Shown: positions 42,666-55,261 of the stretch, one piece after another
Layout of the letters: each line of letters opens with the position of its first letter
Position numbering within the stretch: position 1 is the stretch's first letter
NCBI GenBank assembly: GCA_964016885.1
Contig: OZ024741.1
Span: 379,068,001-379,132,000, forward strand
Origin: Eledone cirrhosa
Lineage: Eukaryota
Length of the DNA: 64,000 nt
Direction: 5' to 3'
Made by a program: the position numbers and the translations under genes
Notes under the pieces: generated by a model
Database searches by the model: none
Told to the model about the DNA's origin: nothing
What the model saw: the letters and a program-made list of their open reading frames with translations, nothing else

Positions 42666-42764
42666 CCAAATATTAATATGGTTCATTGATTACTCAATGA
42701 ATATAGTTTTACAATAGATTGTAGCTTAAAACGCACTCTAGAGCGAAGTTTTCTGGAGTTATTA

Positions 42765-42899
42765 ATATTATTCAGAATATTAATAAATGAAGACATTCAC
42801 ATAATCAAAATATGTTTTATTATATAAATTACACAATTATCAAACTTATGTTCAAAGCAATTAAATGATTTGAACATAACTTTGATAATTGTGTAATTC
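42765..42899. repeat. PLE terminal fragment plus 30-bp-arm inverted repeat
   Basis: 42765-42827 is the reverse complement of about 43271-43333. It is followed by aattacacaattatcaaacttatgttcaaa / tttgaacataactttgataattgtgtaatt. Confidence 0.6.
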
Positions 42900-43026
42900 A
42901 TATTCCTGCTCTGTAAAACACCTGATGGTCTTACATTGAACTTTTTCTCTGACTGGTCATAAGTTAGTAAGAAGTTACTGACTTTTCCTGTTTATAGATG
43001 TTTATAGTATATACATAACTATAAAT

Positions 43027-43057
<31 letters not shown>

Positions 43058-43058
<1 letters not shown>

Positions 43059-43333
43059 GTTTTATTATACATATTTCGAAGGTACTGTCCTGTTTTTTCA
43101 GTACGTCCTCGTCAGATAAAATACATGAATTGACATACTTCAACGGTATTGATGGTTCAATTCCAGTATCGGAATTGAAGCATCAAGACCGTTGAGGTAT
43201 ATCATACATTATTTCATGTATTTTATCTGACGAGTACGTACTGAAAAAACAGCACAGTACCTTCGAAATATATATAATAAAACATATATTTTCATTATGT
43301 GAATGTCTTCATTTATTAATATTATGAATAATA
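43058..43333. mobile_element. Solo inverted PLE terminus with a hammerhead motif in each arm
   Basis: ttttat-CTGACGA (43227)-gtacgtactg..cagtaccttc-GAAA (43265)-tatatATA-ataaaa, with the mirror core at 43109-43115 and the centre at 43165-43170. Confidence 0.8.
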
Positions 43334-43340
43334 TATATAT

Positions 43341-43673
43341 ATGAGGAAAAAATATGAAATTAAAAATGCAACTGGAGTCTTTTTTTTTTAAAATATATTT
43401 ATTTGGTTCCTTTACCCGTTTCGCAGTTCTTCTGCTTTTCAAAAATAAAATTGAGATGGAGGGATTGTGGTTTTCATGTGAGAAAAACCACAAACCCTCC
43501 ATCTCAATTCTACTTTTGAAAGGCAGAAGAACTGCGAAACCGGTAAAGGAACCAAATAAATATATATTAAAAAAACACTCTATTTGCATTTTCGATTTCA
43601 TCTATTTTCCTTATATTAATACTTTCACTCGTGTAGGACACCTCTTTTTTTAATTTTGTAAAAAGAAACCCAC

Positions 43674-43680
<7 letters not shown>
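43341..43680. mobile_element. Solo inverted PLE-like terminus with a variant hammerhead core
   Basis: Arms 43341-43475 and 43484-43614, tail to 43680. Motif TTGAAA(A/G)-gcag aagaa ctgc-GAAAC(c/g)gGTA-aag...aataaa. Confidence 0.68.
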
Positions 43681-43747
<67 letters not shown>

Positions 43748-44305
43748 TCTGCTATGTTTTGAGTACCTTACTTACTGTGGTTACCTCCTATTCAACCCGG
43801 AATAACATATATGTATATATAAGCGGAGATTACCCCCCTTGGAGAAATCCACGTGTCTGTGGCGAAATTGAAAGCTACAACATGCTCGCTCAGGCTAAGA
43901 ACGAAATACTTGCTGAAGAAGGAAATCCTATGTTCTCTCGTCAAAAAACATGATATTGCAGACTCCTGCAAGCGGAATTTGTCGATCTTGGATTTGCAGA
44001 AACTAGCGCTGATGTTGGGTGCTGTATGTGATGTATATTGTGTGATATACGATGTACATTATATATTTTGCTTTCAGCCTCACCGCTTTTTCCAGGTCAG
44101 TCTAAAATCTTTTCCTAGGTCCTGTATTTTCGTTGCTCTAGTGATGCGGCTGGACTGCAGACCGCTATATCTGATTTGCTAAGCTGTCTGAACGTATTGT
44201 TATTACTCTGGGTTTCTTTTTAGCCATCCGAGTGCTAAAGCTATAGACCTATTCTGCATTCGTTAGCTTGGCCGTGTTCTAAAGCTTTGTTAATGCTGTA
44301 CTAAA

Positions 44306-44420
<115 letters not shown>

Positions 44421-45317
44421 CATGTATATATATATATATATATGTATACATGTATATGTGGGAAGTTGCAAGAGTGTTTATGTGTGTCTCGTCATGTAAC
44501 GTACTGCGAACATTTGAAAGGTTGTTTACCATTAATTGAAAAAGAACTTTCTGTCTAAATGAAATAAAATGGAATTTAACTAGAAATTTATTTTATTTTA
44601 TTTTTTTTAGTAAAAAAATACAAATAAATGTTATAGAGCGTAATGAAATATATTGTAACATTAATGGCTATTTGATTTCTATGTTCTTGTTTTACGTAGC
44701 TTGTAATTGTTGTTTTTAACGTTGCAACATTTTATTTCATTAATTTACTATTAGGCCTTCAATGATAGTAGATTTATACATAATTTGATTTTGTTCATAT
44801 ACTTTTCTTTTCGTCTATTTATATATAAAACAGGTTGTGAAGTGTTTTGTAACAATTATAAAAGTGGAGATATCTGCTGATCTTCTTACATGTTAGGGGT
44901 ATTTCGATGTAAGTGAATATGTATGTAAGTATATATGAATATGTATATCTTTTTATTTGTGTTCGACTGTTTGTGTGAGATACAGTGAAATTCAATTTAC
45001 ATGTGTGCGTGTGTGTGTGTGTGTGTGTGCTTGTATGATTACCTGTGTTGGATTGCGCATGTGTGTTGGGGTGAAATTTAAAAGTGTTTCATGATTTCAG
45101 GTAGTGTTGCGGAAGAATATAAGTGATAATATATGAAGTCCTGTGGGAGGGTGAGTATGTGTGTATGTGATTGTATGAGTTTATCTGTGAGTGAAATTAT
45201 GTGAGTTTATTCTTCACTGTGTTGGAGAACATATTTGCCCACGATAAGTCAGCGCAATATATCTTGTTTGCACATGGGTGTTTCGAAGTACGTTTTAAAT
45301 AATATAATTGTAATATC

Positions 45318-45359
<42 letters not shown>

Positions 45360-45390
45360 TTTAAAGAATAGAGAACACACGAGTTGTGAT

Positions 45391-46623
45391 ATATTAGTTA
45401 AAGGAAAAGAAAATGGTGACAAATTTTTTCCCAGTGTAAAATAGTTTAATTAGGAATAAGTATAATTTAGTAATATGTATTGGTTAGTATTCAGTTTTTA
45501 CCGGTTGCGCATTTCTAATGCTTTTCAAAAATAATTTTGAGATAGAGCGCCCGTGATGTTTGCTCTAATCTGATCAGTTTTGGAAATTCTTCCTGTTTTA
45601 TGTGAAAAAAGTGGCTCCAGAGGTATTAAGATTTGGTTGGTTGTTGAATGTCATGTGAATGAGTACTATAAATTTCGCGCCAATTTATGTTGCAAAAATT
45701 CTTGTAGTCAAAACAATTTTGATTGGTCGGTAGAGGTCAAGTTAATGTTAAAAATTTATTTTGCGCCAAATGTAGGTTTGTCGAAGAGAGTCCTTTTTCG
45801 CCTGATTGAGAAGTCACTGAAATATAAGTCTTTTATGACAAATATGTATGTGTGTAGTAAAGAGGTTCATTGTTGTGATAATCGTGAGTAGGGATGTGTG
45901 TGTGAATTGCAATCATGTTGAAAGGTCAACAGTTCAGGTGTCTATTAAGACAAATATGTGAGTGTGTGTGGGTGCGTGTGTGTGTGTGTAGCAGTGGTAG
46001 AGGGATTCGGTCAGTAGGAATATGTCTGTAAGTGTGTGGGTGATATTTTAACATGTTGAAAGATATTTTTCAGCTCTTGTCTTATACGGAGAAGTGTGTG
46101 TGTGTGTGTGTGTATGTCTGTTTGTATGTTAGTGTACGCGTGTGTATGTGTGTTTGTATATGTGTACGTGTGTGTATATGTGTGTATGTGTGTGTGTGTG
46201 GATGGACCAGTATTTTTGTGATACTGGTAAAAATGGTGTACATTATTCGATATTTGCAGTAATTGGCGCACAATCAATTTTTAACATTCAGGTGACATCT
46301 ACCGACCAATCAAAATTGTTTTGACTACAATAATTTTTGCAACACGAATTGGCGCGAAATTTATAATACTCATTCACGTGACATTCAACAACCAACCAAA
46401 TATTAATACATCTGGAGCCACTTTTTTCACATAAAACAGGAAGAATTTCCAAAACTGATCAGATTAGAGCAAACATCACGGGCGTTCTATCTCAAAATAA
46501 TTTTTGAAAAGCATTAGAAATGCGCAACCGGAAAAAACTTAAAACTGAATACTAACCAATACTTATTCCTAATTAAACTATTTTTCAATGGGAAAAATTT
46601 GTCAGCATCTTTTTTTCCTTTTA

Positions 46624-46630
<7 letters not shown>
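45391..46630. mobile_element. MITE/foldback-like element with about 370-bp terminal inverted repeats
   Basis: 45391-45769 is the reverse complement of 46263-46630 with scattered differences. The spacer is non-coding and TG-rich; the ends are atattagt..actaatat. Confidence 0.75.
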
Positions 46631-46674
<44 letters not shown>

Positions 46675-47082
46675 GTCTAATAAGGAAATGGTTTCTACAA
46701 GATTAGAGCCGTTTCATTCAAACGAAATCAACAGAAATGCCATCTGTCCTTGAATGAACCAATCATAGTCCTGTAAAAGCCGTTTCCATATTAAACATGT
46801 TGTCTACTCTCTTCTAATGTATTGTGTACTTTACTTGCTATGCTTACTCCAAATGTGTGTGTGCGCGTGTGTATATGTATGTGCGTGTGTGTGTGCGTAT
46901 GTGTGTATGTGTGTGTGTGTGTGCGTGTGTGTAATCAATAACGTTTGGAGTTAATCAGTATAATTAAAGGAGTGTTCGCATGTGTGAACATGTATTTCGA
47001 CATGTCATAGATATTTTTTTCCAACTTTAGTACAAACAAGCGGGAAACATTTGACATCCATTTTTAAAGTGTATTTTTTAAA

Positions 47083-47263
47083 GTGAATTCGCAGTATCGA
47101 TAGAGGGTCGGACGCCGTTCTATGACGCATAGAGTTACGGCCCCTGTCATTCTGAGTTCAAATCCCGCCGAGGTTAACTTTGCCTTTCATGCTTCCGGGG
47201 TCGATAACATAAAGTAATGCACTGCATAATTGCTGGCCTTGTGCCCAAAGTAGAAACAATTAT
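47083..47263 (+). mobile_element. tRNA-derived Nin-like SINE
   Basis: Homologous to 63111-63293. Confidence 0.85.
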
Positions 47264-47599
47264 TTAAATACATCGTTGATTACGAAGATTTTGCACATCG
47301 TTCAGTTTTACATATTAGAACCATTTGACAACCCCATCCTAACAAACGGACTGTTATATAGATAATTTTTTCTGCTTGACAAAGTAATTAGACAAAGTAA
47401 TAGTCATACAAATGATTTAAACACATGAAACCCATGTCAGTAGAGATTATATTACAACAGATTTCATGTGCGTGATGTTGAAGACTGTTAATACTTTAGA
47501 TGCCTTCTGATAGATTGAGTCATGTCCAGCAAAATTATGTAGTGTGCGGGATTTAATATGTGATAATTATACAATTGTGCTACAATAAAACTCACCTCC

Positions 47600-47739
<140 letters not shown>

Positions 47740-49212
47740 AACGTTTGAATATGTATAATAAAGCCAACACAATGCAGGTATGGACACAGAATAAAGAATG
47801 CAAATGCAAAAGATATTGTTGACAATTAGTCTTTTACCTTAGATTTATTTAAATGTTCTTAATTTTCGAGATAATATCTCTTCTTCAGAGAGAAATAAAG
47901 GTCTCAAACCAGCGTTCTAAATAGCTTGCCAAGTCATGCTGACAGGAAATGGTATAGAGTATCTGTTCTATCTCTAATGTCAGAGAGTTAAAATTAGGTG
48001 GATAAGGAGCAGTCTCCCTTTAAAAGGGGTTTGTTTAGGGTTTTTTTTGTTTTTTTTTATATACATGCCTGTTTAAGTGTGTGGGAGAATGCATGAAGGT
48101 GTAAGTATGTGAGTGTGTGTGAGTGTGAGAAGATAAGTCTATTCGTAAATGTGGGGGATAGGTGTTATCTGGTGTTAGAACTGGTTTTGTGTGTGTATGT
48201 GTGAGAGAGAATAAGTGGAGGTGTAAGCGCATGTGTGTGTGTGCGTGCGTGTGTGTGGGTTGTCTGTGTAAATATGGGGCTAGAAGCTCTATCAGGTTAT
48301 AAATTGGGTGTTGAGTTCTAGTCTATTATTGATTGGTGGTTGTGTTTTATCTATAATTAGTGCTTCCTTAATTCTAAGATTGCCGAGGTTTCTTTCCTTA
48401 GTTTCTATCCTAACTGTTATGGTTTTGTCGGTGTTTTTGAATTTAACTAGGTGTTTCTTAAATGAGGAAGCGTTAGTATTGAGGTTTTCCTTTATTCTTA
48501 TGTGGAGTGGTCTGCTGGTGCTACCTATGTAGAAGTTCTTGCATTTGTCACACTCTAGTCTGTATACGACGTAAGCCTGGTGACATAGGTCTGTGTCGTT
48601 GATGGGGCAGTTGGATAGTCTGCAGCAGTTGTCATGTCTAGTGGAGTGTCTTTTGGTTAGCTGTCCGCGTAGAGAAGGACCTGAGTGGGCCAGTTGGATA
48701 TCTAGTCCCTCTCGTCTGATAGCTCTGCGGATGGCTGTTGTTGTTTCTACACTGAAGTGTGGGAGCTTCAGGAAGCAAGTGTTAGTGCCTCGGGCGTGGT
48801 GTACTCTGTTTCTTCAGGCACGGTTTGTGGTGGATGTCGTGTATCCGTTCAGTTTGAGTACTTCCAGGAAATGTGTGGTGTGTCTGTCTCGGTCTCTAGC
48901 GTCGGTGCATTTGTTCCGGATACGTGCCAATTCGTTCCTTATGAATCCGAAATTGGCACCGAGTGGAGGGCTGATCTGAAATGTACGAACAGGTCCTTGC
49001 TGGCGACTTTTTTATAGAAGCAGGTGTGGATGTTGCTTTCCTCTGTTACCCTGAGTTGGAAGTCCAGTAGGGATAGTGATCCCCGGTCATCGGGGTGTTC
49101 CATGCTGAACTTTATACTGGCGTCCATGCTGGAGAATGTTGTTTATATTTTATCTGCCTCCTCACGGGATGATGTAAGGATGAGTATGTCATCTACATAT
49201 CGGGTGAAGAAT
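47740..49212 (-). mobile_element. 5'-truncated PLE (possibly Nematis-like) with RT end, Zn linker, GIY-YIG and a minimal HHR
   Basis: Motifs RYVDDILIL, LSLLDF, CRLSNCPINDTDLC and VVYRLECDKCKNFYIGSTSRPLHIRIKE. The HHR reverse complement CTGAAGA-agagat att atctc-GAAA lies at 47864-47888. Confidence 0.88.
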
Positions 49213-49219
49213 ATACAGT

Positions 49220-49261
<42 letters not shown>

Positions 49262-51508
49262 ACTGTACCTGCTGTAATTTACTGGAATGCGCACAGAGTA
49301 ATATATCTTTTTTAATAAAATAAGCAAAACTTAAAAGGATCAACAGAACAATAATAATAAACCCAATAATAATAACCCCAATCTCTCATGGTAAAATGTA
49401 ACTAAATTTGTAACAGCTAACTACGAATATACGTAGCCCATCTTGCAGACTCTAAGCATTGACGTCAATTTCACTCTCCACCTTTTAAATGTGTTCATCC
49501 TAATCTATCAACTACTTTATAGCATCTCTGTGCACTCGCACACCCTTTATGCTATTTACTTCGTAGATAAGTGAGTAAGCATTAACTTTATGTAATATAT
49601 ATTTATTTTACATTCACACACAATTTCTTTCTGTCCTCTTTGTTTGGAGAGTCTTTCAAACTGGAAATATCATTTTCTCTCACATAATCTTTCCTATAAA
49701 TGCAAGGTCTATCTATTGGGTATTAAATCACGACTGATGCTTACATAGTTTATTCATATGAGCCTGCAGTAAAATGTTATTGATATGTGGACTCCAAATA
49801 TGTAAACTGTAGAAGACTGGTAAAATATAGGACAATTCACGAGTATCAGAATTACCGGCCCCAGGCATAAAGCCTACCAACCTCACATTCTTCCAAAACC
49901 TTTTTGCGAAGACTAATACTCATTGCTTTTCTCTCTCCGCAAACCCTCATGGCATGCGTAGTATTTTCCTCTACTTTCCTTTACAGCCATATCTATCGTT
50001 CTGTCCATTACTTAATTTGGTGTTTATATTGTTATTGCATATATCCATCATTTTATAACTTTATTTTTTGAAATATATGTTTTACATATATTAATGTATA
50101 ATTGATTAAATAAAATATCTCTATTATAGATTTTAAAATATTGTCTTTTCTACAGTGTCATATTTATTTCATCATCGCCAACTATCCTACAATGTATAAT
50201 TTCTGATGCCATGGGCCAAATGTTTTAAGGAATGTCATTTACGATCGCTTAACCTTGACAAAACTTATCTCCTTAAATGATTTCTGGGTCGGAGAATGAA
50301 TAACACAGCAAATGGTCTGAATTTTAATATATTTTTTATTTCTATTTCTTAATGTAATCATAGTTTACACACTTTGGTGTTGTTAATTTCAATTCATTTG
50401 TTGGCTAGATATTGTTTCGTAGCATTTATTATAGTGTTGTTTTTTCAATAATGATTTTTACACATATTTCTTGCTATATCAATGTTGTTGCTAGTCTTTC
50501 AGCGTACTATCATCATGTATATATAATTAACTACGGAAGGGCAGCCATTTTTCAGTTGAAACCAGCACTGCGTCCACACTATTATCAACCTCAATTTATT
50601 TAGCATAGTGTTCCCGTATATGATAACCCTTTCAGGTGTATGTGTTATTTGAGAGGAGGACGGAACTGTCACGATGGCGGGCATAATTCACTCTTCTAGA
50701 TTAAATTAATAAAAATTGATTTGAATACATCTATTAAATTCCCAAAACAATAATGTCAAATTACAACTTCTCATTATCTGGAAATAAATTCGATCAGTGA
50801 AGCTGTAGCTTTTCTTCTCATGGTTTAATTTACTAGACCATTCGACTATAATTTAGTTTGAAGAACAGTTAGCCAGTAATGAATATGCCGAGAGTCTGGC
50901 GTAGAGAGGAAAGAGTTGAAATTTGGCTGTAGGGTTCAAGCTAACACAGAACAAGCGCATAAAACATGGCCAAAAACAATCAAAGATTGGTTGATAGAGG
51001 AATAGATTCAAATCAGTTACGTGCAAATATTACACTCCTATCTGTCCCAAACTAATATAGAACACCTGATGTATAATGAAGATTGTATATACGAAAAATT
51101 CAGCACATTTAAAGTACATAGTTTATGAATCTTTATTTCGACATATACTCAGCAATTGTGAATTACAACTGTCAGCTTAAGAAATATTGCAATCTATAAC
51201 TAAAGGAATCTGTCAAAGACGCTGATAATTTATTGATAATATTTATTTTAATGTTTGCTTCAGTTATTTCCCAATATCCTCTGAGATAGCCGTACGTCAT
51301 TGATCTTCTGATTTTCTATTCCAATTTTGGCACTTTTCTTTTCTCTGTTTTAGTTACTTTCACAACCTGTTTACGCTCTTGTATATTTTTATACTCAGTA
51401 CCCTTACACACACCAAAACGCACGCACGCACACTCACACACACACACATAGGCACACACACGTACACGCACACGTACACACACATACACACACATAATCC
51501 CCCCCCCA

Positions 51509-51599
<91 letters not shown>

Positions 51600-53384
51600 G
51601 GTATATATATAGATAATTATAGATAGATATAGATACTTCTGATATAGATATTGCTTATTTCAAAGAGAGCATTATAGTTTACTTATAATCTACTTATTGC
51701 TTTCGAGTTCTTTATAGACTGCACTATGATATATTTAGGGTTTTCGATATTTGCTGCGACAACCCTTGGGAGGCTTTATATAAGTTCTTTGCCAATTATT
51801 TCTTTGTATGAGGATTGGTTGTTTATACCTTTATTAGTTCAGTGCATTCCCATAGCTCCTGTTATTTCTCGTATGAGATACATTTTCTCTTCAAAGATGC
51901 GTTCAAGGTTTTGTTCAAACGAACTACTATTATTTATTAATCTGTTTTTCAATATATTTATGTGTCTGTTTGTATTCCTAGTGTTTACATATGTTTGTTT
52001 TCTTTATATTTCCGATCTATTTATAGAGAGAAAACATAATCTAGTTGTTTTCTCCAGAACTATTTCATATTTTGAAACAATTTGGTAAATAAACTTAGTC
52101 AATATTTCTAGCTTAACTTATACACGAGTGACTGACAGTGGTGAAATGAAACATTTATCTACGTGCTAGTGATTGTGGGCGTATTGTTAATGTATTGCCT
52201 AATTGTATTTTCTATGTTTTTCTCTTTTTCCATTTTGTTCCTCATTTCACAAACTATCTGAAGTTTCGAATTTTTGCCATATTCCTGTCTGAGAAACCAT
52301 CTGAAAAATCAAGTCTATATATACAAGTATATTTAATAGTATTATGATAGTATTTCACCTACGCCTTTTTTACATAAGATTTTAATATGTGATGCTAACT
52401 TCAACAGGTCTGTTGTTTGCTTCATACTAATACATTAGCCGAATAAACGTAAAATTCTCTTCGTGAGCACACGATCGACATCAGGCGTCAGCCAAACTAA
52501 ATCAAACTACATGCTAACGCCATAGCATCAAATGTAACCCTTATACCATAGATTCGTAGGTTTACTAAGGTAATGGGCACCGTTGATACGCATTTGATGA
52601 AATATCTAATTAATGAGAGCAGAGATTGAGACTAAACAATAACTACTATAACAACATCTTACGAAGCATTGTTTTAATGGTTTAACTGCCGTGATATTTA
52701 AAAAACTATCATGATATTTTAAATATTTGACTGAAAACACCAGGAAATTAGGAACTTATTACGAACTTAACTTTCTTTTTTGGTCTTCTTAAACAACACC
52801 GTAGATCTGGATGAACAGAAAATCATGAAAGATGTGTCGACGAGATATTATCCTATCAGTTTCTAATTAGTAAAAATAAACAATCTAAAGTATATTTTCA
52901 AGAGATTCCTTTCTTTATTTGAGGAATAATTGGGTATTCTTAATGGCAGGATAAGAGACAATGTACAAGCTCCATTGTTGAAATAGTTGATTATAGTTTA
53001 AGGTGATTCTATTGAGCCTGTATTCAATTCACTTGTAGCAAGGTAATAAAATATCAGCAATTTAAAGTAGACGTATCGAAAATGTTTATTCCATCAAGCA
53101 TATAATCAGCACGTCGTATAAATATATATTACTGAGTCTAAAGAGAGAAGGGGGCTAGAGAGAGAGGGTGAGAATAATACAGCTGAATACAAAGGAAGTC
53201 ATGCCAATGACTGAGGGCATGACATTTCAAGCTTAAGTGCCCTTTTAAAACGATTATTTCAAACTAGACGGACAAGTCCATTTAAGCAGGAAATATTGTA
53301 CACATACACACACACTCATACATAGACACACGCACACACTCATACATAAACAAACATACACGCACATATCTATCTATCGATCTA

Positions 53385-53482
<98 letters not shown>

Positions 53483-53940
53483 ATAGCTGTTGGATGCTTA
53501 AAGCGTCCGTATGTGGTAGGTCGTATGAGCACTCGATGCCCTCGTAGAGGACCACAGCCCACAAGTATTGTATGCAACTTTACGCACACCCCAATAATGC
53601 CCATCCTCCTCTGCATCCTTGTCATGTGGAGAACGAGAAGAACCAAACAATGGCCAACCATGAGTGGCAGGAAATACCGGTGACGTGTACAATTCTTGAC
53701 CACTCATGGAATAACAACAGGTTCTAAATCAACAAACGAAGGAATTCGATGTGAAAGGACAATAGGAAAATCTGCTTCGTAGAATCGAGATGTATCCGAG
53801 GGCCGCGCGATTTCAGAGTCAGGTTCGATCATGACATCGATCGTGCCTTGAGCTGATCGCCCGAGAAACAATTGTAATATGTCCAATAAATTCCTTGCAT
53901 CCGTCACAACACTGATGATCTTTTTTCTGTGATGTATACA

Positions 53941-53981
<41 letters not shown>

Positions 53982-54510
53982 TTAGTTTTGTTGGTTCACC
54001 ACTGGATAGAATTAGTCATTCCGTATGGTCAATCTTGGTGTAATATTGTGGAGAGTACTCAACGTGGTGCAGTTCACCCGTTTTCGTTTCTGTAGTTGTT
54101 GTTGCGAATACGGAGTTAATTATACATAAAATAAAAGGAGGCTGGACCCTGTATAAATCCTTGAAATGCTTGGAAAAATAAATTTCCCCTCTTTCGGTAA
54201 ACGAAATTGCTCGGAGCGACTTGCTTTGCCCTGGTCCCACCGCGCCGCCTGTTTTGACCGCCATATCATAATACTTATACCTATAAACTCCAGGCTTATG
54301 CATAACAGTTAGCTGTATCATGCCTCCACTGGCACGTAAATAAACCCCTCATGTGTGAATTAATAATATACGTGTGGTATAGACGATGGCCTGTCGAAAT
54401 TGTAGACTTCCCGCTAGCACTCCCAGGGCCTAAGTTAGCTACGTTCCTAGCGTACTCGGAAAATTTAATTTCCATCTCTTTCGCTGGACGATACAACTCG
54501 TAACTGGCTG
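53483..54510 (-). other. Unassigned coding-like island, frameshifted and split by (TA)n
   Basis: More GC-balanced than its flanks. Four chained minus-strand ORFs of complex composition (54296-54496, 54016-54321, 53704-53907, 53498-53707). Confidence 0.35.
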
Positions 54511-55128
54511 ACTAGTGGTTAGGAGGTGCTGGCTGAGATTCACGATCGAAATCTTTACTCTATATCCCATCCTGATATCGTATCGAGATTAACTTTTTCA
54601 TATAAGACTCTCTCTGTAAGTTCATTATATAAATCTCGCTACCTTAACCTTTAATGTTCTAATAATTTATTTTTCAATTTATCATTTTGCAATTTAATAT
54701 TTTTTAATTTAATTTCATCCTATACCTCGTAACATAAGTTTTAACGTTCCAATTTTCGGTTGACACATTAGACCATACAGACACCCATTATATATACTTT
54801 TGTTAAATATAGATTCTTTGGAGTAGCATTTTTCGCGGCGGTTTCTAGCATGACTGTAGTGTGACACTTACGCTGTAATGTGACCCTTACGCTGACTCCT
54901 TTCTTCCTCTTTTCTTCTTTCTTCCTTTCTTTCTTTTTCTTTGACGGAGGGGTGGTAGTGCATTATAAGCCTTCACCCCCTCACCAGATGGTCATTAGTA
55001 GATTGAGTTGCTATCACTTTGAGGGCTACTGGCCGAGGTGAAAGCAGCTAGTTAGTCAGTCGTCCTCTTCGTCTCTGCCTCTGATTTTTCGGACCCATGG
55101 TTTTTTACATATTCCTTTGTTATATTCC

Positions 55129-55240
55129 AATACCTGATGATATTACCGGATTCATATGGAACCCGATCACTGAATTAATCATAGTATAATAAATATTTCA
55201 AGGATTTACACCTGTCCAGCCTCCTGTTATTTTATTTATC
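55129..55240 (+). mobile_element. Probable PLE 3' terminus with a degenerate hammerhead
   Basis: atac-CTGATGA (55134)-31 nt-GAAT-taatcATA-gtat, then aataaa and TA. Confidence 0.45.
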
Positions 55241-55261
55241 TATATATATATATATACATAT

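Noticed and set aside
43750-44300. Possible host exon or ORFs (43759-44182)
   Set aside because: No recognisable domain or convincing splice-site pair.
49300-53300. Unique-looking AT-rich stretch with short ORFs
   Set aside because: No motif I can support; probably old decayed repeats or intronic DNA.
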